DNA of 64,000 nt from Longimicrobiales bacterium. GTDB lineage: Bacteria > Gemmatimonadota > Gemmatimonadetes > Longimicrobiales > Gaopeijiaceae. The position numbers and the translations under genes are program-made. The DNA lies in contig CAXXKM010000003.1 in the NCBI GenBank assembly GCA_963664435.2, forward strand, positions 832,001 to 896,000, given 5' to 3'. This document shows, piece after piece, positions 22,501-30,996 of the stretch. The number at the start of each line of letters is the position of its first letter. The stretch's first letter is position 1. The notes beneath the pieces are model-generated. The model did no database searches and was not told where the DNA came from. It saw nothing but the letters and a program-made list of their open reading frames with translations.

Positions 22501-22839
22501 GCCCACGCTCCAGATGTGGTAGTTGCCGTCCCAGTACGCCTGGAAGGCGATGCGGCTCCCGTCCGGCGACCAGGCGGGCTGCCGCGCGTCGCCCACCGGG
22601 TCCGTGAGCGCCGTCGCGGCTCCTCCGGCCGCGGGCATCACCCAGATGCGGCCCAACAGATCGAGCGCGAGCGTGCTCTCGTCCGGCGAGAGCGCGACGG
22701 CCACATTGGTGCCCTGGGCAATCGTGACCTGGACTGTCCCCTCGGGCTCCCCCGTGGACGGCGCCTGTGCGCCTGCCAGGACGGGGAATCCCGCGGCTGC
22801 GAAACCGATCGCGACTACGACTGAGAAGTGTTTCGACAC
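19594..22839 (-). CDS. Secreted TolB-like (PD40) beta-propeller + amidohydrolase fusion protein
   Basis: Many PxWSPDG repeats followed by MPGLIEMHTH, SYGVT, SSHE, GVEH, MGTDSP and GALADLIVL motifs; probable GTG start at 22839 after GGAGAG. Confidence 0.88.
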   Translation of the reverse strand: MSKHFSVVVAIGFAAAGFPVLAGAQAPSTGEPEGTVQVTIAQGTNVAVALSPDESTLALDLLGRIWVMPAAGGAATALTDPVGDARQPAWSPDGSRIAFQAYWDGNYHIWSVGADGTSLRQHTRGRFDHREPHWSPDGARLAFSSDRGGSYDIWVTGMDEGDPERLTDWPGNEYGPAFSPDGGEVAFAADGDRSGIWLTASAGLPVSTGGSQPRRVTEGDGGQLNAPSWSADGTTLSFNSIGEGRSRLHAVAVSGGEPRTLTGEEEDVFPFRASWTAAGDLFHTGDGVVRWRRGDGSGRRDVAFSATVTLDRTDYQRRPRDLRAPGPFPVRGIVSPAVSPDGTRVAFSALGDLWLHTIGGDAERLTDDPWVEADPAWSPDGGRLAFASDRDGSIDLYVRDLGTGSARRVTEGAAATAPTWSPDGSRIAFVGSADGTAVQVVDLATGVVETLRAGLNGAGRPSWSPDGTSVLVSALSPYSGRFREGLNRALVVPARPLRTADAATLTGADARPAPPAGSRPATANGPSRAAGGASRPAGAPAPARPAPRGHGHTHDLPAWAGWDDPAPGPSASPTTPLQTADRYLDLPLHGSVGSRANDGPAWSPDGRQVAYISDGVLWTVAMTPEGETADVPRRLTNEAADDPGWTGDSRFIVYLSDDRLRRVDALTGAAEDITPTLSWTRAAPPASVLVRAGALFDGRSETLRRNVDIIIENGLVTEVADRDPARTADQVVDASGQVVMPGLIEMHTHGGLADGESMGRLWLSYGVTATRCPACDGYEITEAKEAGESGRRIAPRTFGTGGTIDGSRIYYPNAPALGASAQVELQMGRAAALGHDMIKTYVRLSDPMQRRAIAEAHALGIPVSSHELYPAVAYGGDGVEHVRGTSRRGYSTKVSETNGIYADAVDLLAASGMTLTPTVGIYGGYGLLAAETPDLFDDPRVDAFFPDAAAGARIPPDLELARRMVERMSSLPRRVHEGGGRVIMGTDSPIIPRGLSLHAEMEILVRYGRMRPVDVLRATTSASGEALGYEGLLGVVAPGALADLIVLDEDPLQDIAATRSVRTVILGGAVYTTEELLRRPE

Positions 22840-22917
22840 TGTTTTCTCTCCGTGTTGATCAATGATCCGTCGCACCCGGTTACCTCCAGGTCGGAGCAGC
22901 GGTCGGCTCGAGAATAG

Positions 22918-24141
22918 TCACGCGCTCCGGCGATCGTCCATCGGCCGCAGCCGCGCCGCGCGCAACTCCGACAATGGAACCGCGGGACCGCCCCAGGCCA
23001 GTCGTCCCCGGAGCGCTACGATCATCGAGCGCCACCAGGTCCAGGCGATGACCGCACTGGCCACCGGAAGCAACAGCCCCGTCCACCAGCGGAAGCGGGA
23101 AACCCTGGCGATGCATATGGCGAACACCCAGGCCACCATCGTCGAGGCAGCGAACAATGCGGCGGCCGCCATGTCGACCGGGGCCAGCACGACGGTCAGC
23201 ACCGCCGGCGCGATTCCGGTCCACAGCAATCCGACCGTCTGCACGAAAACGGCCGAAATCCGGTAGTCCCTGAACGCGAAGAGATTCTTCTCCATCCCGC
23301 GGACCAGGTCCCGGACGGATGAATACCACTCGCACCGCACACTGGATTCGGCCCGGACCAGGTCCGAGCGGTGGCCGGTCAACTTCACCAGTCGACCCAG
23401 CTGATAGTCCTCGTCGGGACGCAGGGCCACCTGCCGGTGTCCCCCGATGGCGCGGTAGGAATCCGCCCGGAACAGGTTGTAGGCGCCGACCCCGAAGGAG
23501 GCCGTGCTCCCGGGATCGCGAACCTGCCACAGCCTCGCCGTGACGTGGGCACCCCAGTGGAACACGATCACGCAGGCCTGCAGCATGGGACTCCGCATCG
23601 CCAACGTGGGCAGAACGGCGAGATGGTCCCGGCCGTTCCTCAGGAGATGGCGCACCCCGCGCATCACTGCTTCGCGCCCGAACACCACGTCCCCGTCGGT
23701 AAAGAGGAGCAGGTCCCCGCGCGCCGACCGGGCGCCGCGCCAGGACGCGTGGTTCTTCCCGAACCATCCACCGGGCAACTCTTCGACGTGAATCACCTTC
23801 AGGCGGTCGTTCCCCGCGCTCAGGCGATCCGCAATGTCGCCGGTGCGGTCGTCGGACCGATCGTCGACGAAGATCACCTCGTAGTCCGGGTAGTCCAGGT
23901 CGAGCAGCGACGTGAGCGCCTGCTTCACCCCGTACTCCTCGTTCCGGGCCGCAACCACCACCGACAGCCGGGGCAAGCGCGGATCGCCGTCGCGGGGCAT
24001 CCCGATCTCTTCAAGGCGGAAGACATGCCGGTAGCTGTACAGGGTGACCAGTGCCATGGCGACCCAGACGACCAGCGTGACGGCGGCGGCTATGAGCATG
24101 ATGGCCAGTGTCGCCCGGGGCTTCCCGTCATCCGGCGCCAT
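22918..24141 (-). CDS. Membrane glycosyltransferase family 2 (HpnB/CrtQ-like)
   Basis: SVVVAARNEE, VDDRSDDRT, GWFGKNHA, LLFTDGD and DED motifs; N- and C-terminal TM helices. Confidence 0.85.
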   Translation of the reverse strand: MAPDDGKPRATLAIMLIAAAVTLVVWVAMALVTLYSYRHVFRLEEIGMPRDGDPRLPRLSVVVAARNEEYGVKQALTSLLDLDYPDYEVIFVDDRSDDRTGDIADRLSAGNDRLKVIHVEELPGGWFGKNHASWRGARSARGDLLLFTDGDVVFGREAVMRGVRHLLRNGRDHLAVLPTLAMRSPMLQACVIVFHWGAHVTARLWQVRDPGSTASFGVGAYNLFRADSYRAIGGHRQVALRPDEDYQLGRLVKLTGHRSDLVRAESSVRCEWYSSVRDLVRGMEKNLFAFRDYRISAVFVQTVGLLWTGIAPAVLTVVLAPVDMAAAALFAASTMVAWVFAICIARVSRFRWWTGLLLPVASAVIAWTWWRSMIVALRGRLAWGGPAVPLSELRAARLRPMDDRRSA

Positions 24142-25729
24142 GAGAGACGGAGGCTCCGGCGTGGCGGGCGCGCGCGGCCTCCGCCAGCGCCGCCCGCAAC
24201 TCGAGCCCCATGGGCGTGAGCCGGTACTTCTGCCTTCCGCTCGTGGGCTTGTCCGGGATCGTCATCTCGACGAGTCCGGCGTCAAGTGCCGGGCGCAGGT
24301 AGTTGACCACCAGGTTGCTTCGGTTCCTGAGGCCAAGGGCCTCGAGAATCTGCACTCTGGATCGCTCGCGATCCAGCACTCTTACCAGCTCCCGCACCTG
24401 CACCGTGGTCTTCCGCTCCCACACTTGTATTAGCCCTGTATGATACCTGTACGGCGCGGCCCGCTCTCTTGTACTATTTCCTTCATCGACAGGTCCTGCA
24501 GGCCCTCCCGCCTCGATATCCTGTACTGCAAACAGGCTGTCCTGTATGTCAGCGAACTCGTCATCGTCAATCGTCGACGGCTGAAGCTGGATGGCAGGGG
24601 GGCGCCTGAAACTGGTGGTCACCTTGCTTCCGGAAACCTCAATCCGAGGTTCCTCGACCCCGTACTCCCGGCAAAGCGACTTCATGCGCCGAATGCCTGA
24701 ACCGATTCCGCCCACCAGGCCCATGCGGGCGAGCATCCCGTACAGCAGCGGATTGCGGGGGACGCTCTTGGTTCCCAGATCGGCCTCGTTCATGCCCTCG
24801 GGCAGGCTGCCGGGGCTGGTGATCTCGACGCGGTCCTTGAAGACGTGCACGCGCACGTGGTTGCGGGAGCGGTAGTCACGGTGGGCGATCGCGTTCGCAA
24901 ACGCTTCGCGCAAGGCTTCCCCGGGCAGCTCGGGACGCCCTTCGGCGTCTTCACCCCAGATCGTGAACTGGACGTTGATTCTGTGCAGCACCCACGCCAG
25001 CGCTTCGTCCGCGATCTCCGGCAGCGAGCCGTGGAAGTCACGCCGCTCGAGGCTTCCCGCCTCCTCGGTTCCCCGATAGAGAGCACAGGATACATACGCG
25101 CTCTCCGTGAATTGACGAATGTCGTGGGCGAGCAGCCACGCGCCCGCGTATGTCATCCGGTCTTCGGTGTCGACCAGGCCGAGGTTGCGCAGCGCCAGGA
25201 TCGCGTGCATGGCTTCGGGAATCCTCGCCCGACCGATGAACCGCTCCCAGACGTCGGCCTTGAGATGAGCATCCATCGAGAATGCCTCGCACGGCTCCTT
25301 GTCGAAGTGCGCGCGCCCGACGGCGTAGTAGAGATCCTTGATCTCCGCGTTGGTCAGTCGCCGACTGCCCCTCCCCTCGCGCACGAACGCGCGCCATCCG
25401 ATGGAATAGGGCTTGTACTTCTGGGCGGGGACGGTCACGCACATCACCTCGCCCACGCTCTCGATCTCGACCACGATCGGCGGGTCCGAGGACCGGGCAA
25501 CGGTGAGCACCTTGACGCGGGTCCGGCGATGGTTGCCGACGCCGACCACCTCCCCGGACTTGGACACGCCGAGCAGGACGGTCCCGCCCTCTCCGTTCGC
25601 GAACGCGCACAACTCCCGGCCGAAGTCTCGCCCGAGCGAGCGCTGGAACTCGATCCCGGGACCCTCGCCTTCGGCGATCAGGTCGAGGAGCTCCTGATGG
25701 GTCAACGGTAAGCCGGCAGTCCCGAGCAC
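24128..25729 (-). CDS. AlbA_2 (Schlafen-like) + HATPase-like 'RecG C-terminal' + wHTH protein
   Basis: EGEGPGIEF, CAFANGEGGTVLLGV; ALREAFANAIAHRDY, DRVEITSPGSLP, SVPRNP, GSGIRRM; C-terminal YLRPALDAGLVEMTIPDKPTSGRQKYRLT HTH of the type found on Fic-like proteins. Confidence 0.85.
   Translation of the reverse strand: MLGTAGLPLTHQELLDLIAEGEGPGIEFQRSLGRDFGRELCAFANGEGGTVLLGVSKSGEVVGVGNHRRTRVKVLTVARSSDPPIVVEIESVGEVMCVTVPAQKYKPYSIGWRAFVREGRGSRRLTNAEIKDLYYAVGRAHFDKEPCEAFSMDAHLKADVWERFIGRARIPEAMHAILALRNLGLVDTEDRMTYAGAWLLAHDIRQFTESAYVSCALYRGTEEAGSLERRDFHGSLPEIADEALAWVLHRINVQFTIWGEDAEGRPELPGEALREAFANAIAHRDYRSRNHVRVHVFKDRVEITSPGSLPEGMNEADLGTKSVPRNPLLYGMLARMGLVGGIGSGIRRMKSLCREYGVEEPRIEVSGSKVTTSFRRPPAIQLQPSTIDDDEFADIQDSLFAVQDIEAGGPAGPVDEGNSTRERAAPYRYHTGLIQVWERKTTVQVRELVRVLDRERSRVQILEALGLRNRSNLVVNYLRPALDAGLVEMTIPDKPTSGRQKYRLTPMGLELRAALAEAARARHAGASVSHGAG
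24422..24548. repeat. Array of six CYTGTAY motifs in the linker of the AlbA_2 gene
   Basis: Copies start at 24424, 24435, 24446, 24468, 24520 and 24541; the same motif occurs twice upstream at 25749 and 25761. Confidence 0.7.
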
Positions 25730-25746
25730 ATCCGCGGGGACATCAC

Positions 25747-25767
25747 GTCCTGTATGCTCACTTGTAT
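25747..25767 (-). promoter_or_regulatory. Putative operator (two direct CYTGTAT repeats) upstream of the AlbA_2 gene
   Basis: GTCCTGTATG-ct-CACTTGTAT in an AT-richer patch 18-38 nt upstream of the ORF start. Confidence 0.5.
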
Positions 25768-25810
25768 CATGATGGCCATCGCTAAGGGCTGGTTCGCGCG
25801 GACGGCCTTG

Positions 25811-27016
25811 TCAAGGGTCACCCCCTCCCGGAGCGGCGGCACCGCCCGCGCCCGCTGATGCAAGCACGGTGATCGTGGCCGTGCCGACGTAGTTCGCACC
25901 CGCCCGCGTCGCCTTGACCTGGATCGTTCCCGTTCCCCGCCCGGCGGCGGTGACCAGGCCGCTGTTGTCCACGGTCGCCACCGACGGGCTGACCGCGGAC
26001 CAGACATAGTCGGTGTCCTCGACCTCGTGTCCGTTCGCGTCGAGGGCGACGGCGCTCAGGCGCACGGTGTCGCCGACCACGAGGGTGTCGGCCGCCGGGG
26101 TCACGCGTACCTCCGTTGCAAGCTGCGCGACCGTCACGCCCGCGGAATCGCGCAGTTCGCCGATGGTCGCGAACACGTCCGTGCTGCCGGTGCGCACCGC
26201 GGTGACCAGCCCCGCCGAATCCACGGTCACGACGGCGGCGTTTTCGGACATCCAGGTGACGGCCAGGGCCGAGCCGGGGTGGCCGTTGGCGTCGACACCG
26301 GTGGCAACCAGCCGGATGGTATCGCCGAGCGAGAAGAGCGTCGTCGCGAACGGCATCACGTCCATCTCGACGATCACCTGCGAGACCGTGACCGCGGCGG
26401 CGCCGGTGGCTGCTCCCGCTTGAGCGCCGATGTTCGCGGTGCCGTTTCCGACCGCGGTGACCAGGCCGCTGTCGTCGACGGTCGCGACGGCGTCGTCCTC
26501 GGAGGACCAGGTGATGGTTGCGTCTTCGACGGCATTGTCGTTGGCGTCGAAGGGCGCAGCGGTGAGCTGCACGGAGTCGCCGAAGGACGAGATTTCCACG
26601 GACGCCGGCGAAACGTCCACGCGCGCCGCCCGCTGAGCGACGGTGACGGAGGCGGTCCCGGCCGCACTGCCGGATGTAGCCGTGACGGTGGCGGTCCCGT
26701 TCCGGGCGGCGGTGACCAGTCCCGCGGCGCTCACGGTCGCGACCGAATTGTCGCTGGTGGTCCAGCTGACGGGGGCCCCCGCCATCGCCTGGCCGCTCTG
26801 GTCGGCGACGGCCGCGGTCAACTGGAGCGTCTCGCCGAAGGACGAGAGATCCACGGACGCCGGCGAAATGTTGACGGTTGTGGCGACGGGAGGCTCCGGA
26901 GGCTCGGTCGGCGCCGCCTCGTCATCGCCACCACAGCCGACCATGAGCGTCAACGCCACGAAGGGCACCGCAACGATGTGGGCGGGTCCGGCCCGCCACG
27001 GCTCAGGTCTCCTCAT
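25811..27016 (-). CDS. Lipoprotein with four tandem bacterial Ig-like (Big_2) domains
   Basis: Lipobox MVGC; four ~85-aa repeats (WxSxxxxVATVxxxGLVTA..GTA); DNA repeat units offset by 255 nt (26577 vs 26832). Confidence 0.85.
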   Translation of the reverse strand: MRRPEPWRAGPAHIVAVPFVALTLMVGCGGDDEAAPTEPPEPPVATTVNISPASVDLSSFGETLQLTAAVADQSGQAMAGAPVSWTTSDNSVATVSAAGLVTAARNGTATVTATSGSAAGTASVTVAQRAARVDVSPASVEISSFGDSVQLTAAPFDANDNAVEDATITWSSEDDAVATVDDSGLVTAVGNGTANIGAQAGAATGAAAVTVSQVIVEMDVMPFATTLFSLGDTIRLVATGVDANGHPGSALAVTWMSENAAVVTVDSAGLVTAVRTGSTDVFATIGELRDSAGVTVAQLATEVRVTPAADTLVVGDTVRLSAVALDANGHEVEDTDYVWSAVSPSVATVDNSGLVTAAGRGTGTIQVKATRAGANYVGTATITVLASAGAGGAAAPGGGDP

Positions 27017-27124
27017 GGCCTTCTCCCCTGGTCACGAGTTGGCTTTGGGGTAACAGGTCACGCTCCATTAGCATAACCCCGCAAGTCGGCCCTGGTGCGG
27101 CTCCGGGTCCCGACGGGGCTCGAA

Positions 27125-27164
27125 GACGGCGAGGATCGTGGGACGGCGAGGATCGTGGGACGGC
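27125..27164. repeat. 17-bp tandem repeat (2.3 copies)
   Basis: GACGGCGAGGATCGTGG x2 + GACGGC, intergenic between fic and the Ig gene. Confidence 0.85.
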
Positions 27165-27191
27165 CGGCGCGATCGCGCGGCGCGGAATCGT

Positions 27192-28334
27192 TCACGGAGC
27201 ATCCAGAATCTCGAGCAGCCGCGAAAATCCGAGTATGGCGGAACGACTGCCGCTGGCGGGGGCGGCTTCCTCCAGCACCTCCGCGTCGCGCAGCTGCCAC
27301 AGCAGTCGGCGCGCCGTGCGCGGCGGGATATCGCCGGCGGACACGAAGTCGCTGACCCGGAAGACGGGGCACTCGAAGAGGCGGTCCAACGCCCGGGCCG
27401 GATGGTGGGCGCGGGCCCGGTTCGCCAGCACAGCCTCTACCTCCGTCCGCAAAGCCAGGATCGCCTCGACGACCGTCACTCCCTCCCGCGCCTGGTTCCG
27501 CATCGCGTCGAGCGCATACAGGCACCACCCCGTCCAGTCGTCGTCGCGGGAGACGCCGAGGAGCCCATCGTAGTAGAAGCTGCGGCGGGCGGCGATGCGG
27601 GCGCTCAGCCCGAAGACCGGGGCGCGGATGAGGCCGTATTGGTGCATGAGAACGGGGATCAGCATGCGCCCCATCCGCCCGTTGCCATCCAGGAAAGGGT
27701 GGATCGCCTCGAACCGGGCGTGCTGGACGGCGATCTGGACGAGCCTGTCGCGGGCGTCGGCGTGGATGTAGCGCTCCCACGCGCTCATCGCGTCCTGGAC
27801 CTGGTTTGCCGGTGCCGGGACGAAGGTGGCGGTCTCGGGAGTCGAACCTGGTGCGCCGATCCAGACGGGCGCGCGTCGGAACGCGCCGGGGGATTTGCTC
27901 CAGCCCCGGGGACCCGTGAGGAGAAGGGAATGCGCCTTGCGGATGATGCGCGGCGAGAGCGGCAGCTCGTCGAGCATCTTCCTCATCCGCCGCTCGGCCG
28001 CAAGATGGCGAACGACCTCGTGGGCGTCGTCGCGCGCATACGGGTTCGTCGGCGGCAGTCCGGCGCGCATTTCGAGCACTTCGGTCACGCTCGTGAAGAT
28101 GTCCTCAATACGCGACGACCATACGGCCTCGCGGACGCGGAGCCCGGCCAGCAACGCGCGCGAATTCGGTACCCTGGCGAGCGCGCAGTCGTATCTGGCG
28201 ACGGCGGCCGCCGCCGGCCCGATCAGCGGTGCCAGGCGGCGCCAGTCGAGGCGGTCTTCGGGCGGGAAGCCTTCGCTCCGATAGTGGACCGGCGACAAGG
28301 GTTGGGTCCCTCCGGGTTGGTGGGCGTCGCCCAA
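27192..28334 (-). CDS. Fic family protein (AMPylase motif) with C-terminal HTH
   Basis: HARFEAIHPFLDGNGRMGR; N-terminal EAVWSSRIED inhibitory-helix-like motif; PGAFRRAPVWIG. Start uncertain. Confidence 0.92.
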   Translation of the reverse strand: MGDAHQPGGTQPLSPVHYRSEGFPPEDRLDWRRLAPLIGPAAAAVARYDCALARVPNSRALLAGLRVREAVWSSRIEDIFTSVTEVLEMRAGLPPTNPYARDDAHEVVRHLAAERRMRKMLDELPLSPRIIRKAHSLLLTGPRGWSKSPGAFRRAPVWIGAPGSTPETATFVPAPANQVQDAMSAWERYIHADARDRLVQIAVQHARFEAIHPFLDGNGRMGRMLIPVLMHQYGLIRAPVFGLSARIAARRSFYYDGLLGVSRDDDWTGWCLYALDAMRNQAREGVTVVEAILALRTEVEAVLANRARAHHPARALDRLFECPVFRVSDFVSAGDIPPRTARRLLWQLRDAEVLEEAAPASGSRSAILGFSRLLEILDAP

Positions 28335-28366
28335 AGCGTGGGCCGGATGTCATTCCCTTGCCGAAA

Positions 28367-28412
28367 CCTCTTTTGTTAGCCAAAAAACAGCAATAGTGGC
28401 GGACAAAAGAGG
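28367..28412. promoter_or_regulatory. AT-rich inverted repeat between coaX and fic (operator or terminator)
   Basis: CCTCTTTTGT (28367-28376) / ACAAAAGAGG (28403-28412) with inner GCCA/TGGC pairing. Confidence 0.55.
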
Positions 28413-28472
28413 GGGCGAGGGGGAACCGATGCGCGGGCCATGGCTTTGAAGCCGTATGGAGGCTCCGTGAGC

Positions 28473-29264
28473 TCAGCGCGACCCCGAATGCTCCACCACA
28501 TACTCCCCTGCCAGCTCCAGACCGATCAGCGTCAAGAGCGGGTCGACGCGGTCGAAGGCGGGAACGTGCTTCGCGACCAGTGGAGAGAAGCCGCCGGTGC
28601 CCACTACCATGGGGTCGGGAACGTCCCACTCCGTTCGCACGCGCTCGATCATTCCTGCGATCGCGTCCATCGTGGTGAAGAAGATGCCTGAGTGGATGCA
28701 GGTTTCGGTTCGCTTGCCGATGACCTGCTGCGGGGGGATGAACTCGACGGGTGGAAGCTTGGCGGTCCGGGCTGCGAGCCACTCCTTGCCGGACATGAGC
28801 CCCGGGGCGATGACGCCGCCCTGGAAGCGGCCGTCGGCGGTGATGCAGTCGTAGGTTGTGGCGGTGCCCAGATCGACAACGATGCAGTCGCACCCGAAAA
28901 GTCGGGAGGCCGCCATGGTATTGGCGATGCGGTCGGCGCCCACCGTGCGCGGCTCCTCCACGTCGAGAACGATCGGCAGCGGCGTCGACGCGTCGATGAC
29001 CACGAACTCCGCGGAACCCAGCCGGGCCGCGGCTTCCCTCAGCACGTCGGAGGCGGAGGGGACCACCGAGCCCAGCACCACGCGTGTGAGGGCGTCGGGA
29101 TCGTGGCCGGCCGAGCGGAGCAGCGCGCCGAGCAGCAGCACATACTCGTCGGGAGTGCGCGGCACATGGGTGCTCACCCGCCAGCGGCCCGCGACCCTTT
29201 CCCGTCCGGGGGCGAAGAGGGCCAGAACGGTTTCGGTGTTGCCCACATCCAGTACCAGATGCAT
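28473..29264 (-). CDS. coaX: Type III pantothenate kinase
   Basis: MHLVLDVGNT, SVVP, VGADR, VDLGTATTYD, GGVIAPG, TGG and LTLIGL motifs. Confidence 0.95.
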   Translation of the reverse strand: MHLVLDVGNTETVLALFAPGRERVAGRWRVSTHVPRTPDEYVLLLGALLRSAGHDPDALTRVVLGSVVPSASDVLREAAARLGSAEFVVIDASTPLPIVLDVEEPRTVGADRIANTMAASRLFGCDCIVVDLGTATTYDCITADGRFQGGVIAPGLMSGKEWLAARTAKLPPVEFIPPQQVIGKRTETCIHSGIFFTTMDAIAGMIERVRTEWDVPDPMVVGTGGFSPLVAKHVPAFDRVDPLLTLIGLELAGEYVVEHSGSR

Positions 29265-29310
29265 GTCGTGGTTCCTCGGGTGGTTTCTTCCTGGGCCGGT
29301 GATGTCGGTG

Positions 29311-30162
29311 TTAGGCCGTGGGCGAACGGACCGCTTCCCCGGGGCCGGGGGCCGGATGAGGTCGCGGACAGGGTAGCGGGGTGACGCTGCCTGAACGAAT
29401 CTCGCGCATTCCGCCTCCGGGTTCCTCGAACAGGAGCGCGCCTTCGGAGCTGATTCCGCGGGCCGTTCCGGCCTCGCCGCTCCCGAGCACGACGGCGCGG
29501 TCCATAAGGGCGTCGCGCCGGGTGAGTTCCCGGTGCAGTGAACCGTCCAGCCGGGCCGGTCCCGGGGCGAGCAGCTCCCGCATCCGGGCGAGCAGCACAC
29601 CGGCCAGGACAGGCCTCGACACGGAGGTTGCCCCCTTTGCGCGCAGGGATGCGGCGCGGCCGCGGAGTTCCGGCGGGAAGTCCGCCGCGCGTTGCGAGAT
29701 GTTGATGCCCGTTCCGATCGCCATGCCCCGGTTCCCGGCGCCGCTGTCCCAGGATTCGCACAGAATGCCGCCGACCTTGCGGCCGCCGACGACAAGATCG
29801 TTCGGCCACTCGATCTCCGCCCGCAAGTCCGGGCAGACGTCCTCGATGGCGCGGGCCGCCGCGATGCCGGTCAGGAGCGGGACCGTGGCATGCCTCGATG
29901 GGCGTCCGGCAAGCACCACGCTCATCCACAGCCCGGCACCGGGCGGGGACAGCCAGCGCCGCCCTTGCCTGCCCCGGCCGCGGGTCTGCTCGTCCGCGAT
30001 GACCACCGAGAAGGAGGGCGCGCCCGCACGGGCGATGCGGCGGGCGCGGTCGTTGGTGGAGCCGAGACGAGCGTGCACTTCCAGGTGCGGCACGCCCCAC
30101 CGCTTCGCCCAGCGGGAGACCGGTTCGCCCTCCCAGGCCGGACGGCGCCCTACCCGAGCCAC
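29311..30162 (-). CDS. birA: Biotin--[acetyl-CoA carboxylase] ligase (no N-terminal HTH)
   Basis: GSTND, ADEQTRGRGRQGRRWLSP, EWPNDL, RKVGGILCE and GTGINI motifs; start approximate (GTG overlapping the uppP end). Confidence 0.9.
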   Translation of the reverse strand: MARVGRRPAWEGEPVSRWAKRWGVPHLEVHARLGSTNDRARRIARAGAPSFSVVIADEQTRGRGRQGRRWLSPPGAGLWMSVVLAGRPSRHATVPLLTGIAAARAIEDVCPDLRAEIEWPNDLVVGGRKVGGILCESWDSGAGNRGMAIGTGINISQRAADFPPELRGRAASLRAKGATSVSRPVLAGVLLARMRELLAPGPARLDGSLHRELTRRDALMDRAVVLGSGEAGTARGISSEGALLFEEPGGGMREIRSGSVTPLPCPRPHPAPGPGEAVRSPTA

Positions 30163-30968
30163 AGGTACCCGAGGAACAGCAGCCCCAGAATCCACGGATA
30201 CGGGGCGAATCGGTGGAACGAGCGGGCGCGCAGTACGGTCAGGAAGATCCTGATCGCGAGCAGGCCGGTCGCCGCGGCCGCCACCGCTCCCAGTACGAGC
30301 GGCGTGGTGCCGAGGGCGGGTGCAGCCTCCCCGGCGTCCACGAGCTGGAGAAGGGTGGCTCCGAGTATGGCGGGCGCGGACGTCAGGAACGAGAACTCGG
30401 CCGCGTCGGCGGACTCGACGCGAAGCCAGAGCGCCGCCACCACAGTCGTACCCGAGCGCGAGATCCCGGGAAAGAGGGCAAGCGCCTGCGCGATCCCGAT
30501 GAGCATCACAACGCCCAGCCCGCGAACCCCCGGGAATGGCCCGGTCGCGTCAGGTTCCACCCGCGGCGCCCCCCGGCGCACCGCCGCGCGCGCGCTCCAG
30601 AGCACGCCCCCCGTCACGAGAAACGCCACGCCCGCCGCGGCCGGAGCCTCGAACGCCGCGTCCACGACATCGCCAAGGAGGAAATAGGCTGCCGCCGCCG
30701 GAACGTTGGCGAGCGCGATGAGCCCGAGGTAGCGCCAGGTCCCGGGATCAAGCCGGACCGATCCGCGCATCAGCGCGCCCACGCGCCTCCGGTATGCGAC
30801 CAGCACCGACACCAGCGTTGCGAAGTGCACCGCGACCTCGAATGCGACACCTGGAAGCTCGATCCCGAGCAAGGCCTGGCCGACGACCAGGTGTCCGGAG
30901 CTCGAGACGGGGAGGAATTCGGTAAACCCCTGGACCACACCCAGTACGAGGGCCTCCCAGGTGGTCAC
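30150..30968 (-). CDS. uppP: Undecaprenyl-diphosphate phosphatase
   Basis: GVVQGFTEFLPVSSSGHL, PGISRSGTT and AEFSFL motifs. Confidence 0.96.
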   Translation of the reverse strand: MTTWEALVLGVVQGFTEFLPVSSSGHLVVGQALLGIELPGVAFEVAVHFATLVSVLVAYRRRVGALMRGSVRLDPGTWRYLGLIALANVPAAAAYFLLGDVVDAAFEAPAAAGVAFLVTGGVLWSARAAVRRGAPRVEPDATGPFPGVRGLGVVMLIGIAQALALFPGISRSGTTVVAALWLRVESADAAEFSFLTSAPAILGATLLQLVDAGEAAPALGTTPLVLGAVAAAATGLLAIRIFLTVLRARSFHRFAPYPWILGLLFLGYLWLG

Positions 30969-30996
30969 GAGACCACCGGCTCCCCGACCCCGATCT

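Noticed and set aside
25811..27016. Repeats in the Ig gene as a CRISPR-like array or DGR template
   Set aside because: They are in-frame 255-nt domain duplications with ordinary divergence; no spacers, cas genes or reverse transcriptase.
27068..27079. TAGCATAACCCC identical to the start of the T7 terminator
   Set aside because: Only 12 nt match and the rest of the terminator is absent; not vector contamination.
24128..28334. Islet as a bona fide mobile element
   Set aside because: No integrase, transposase, tRNA target or flanking direct repeats seen.
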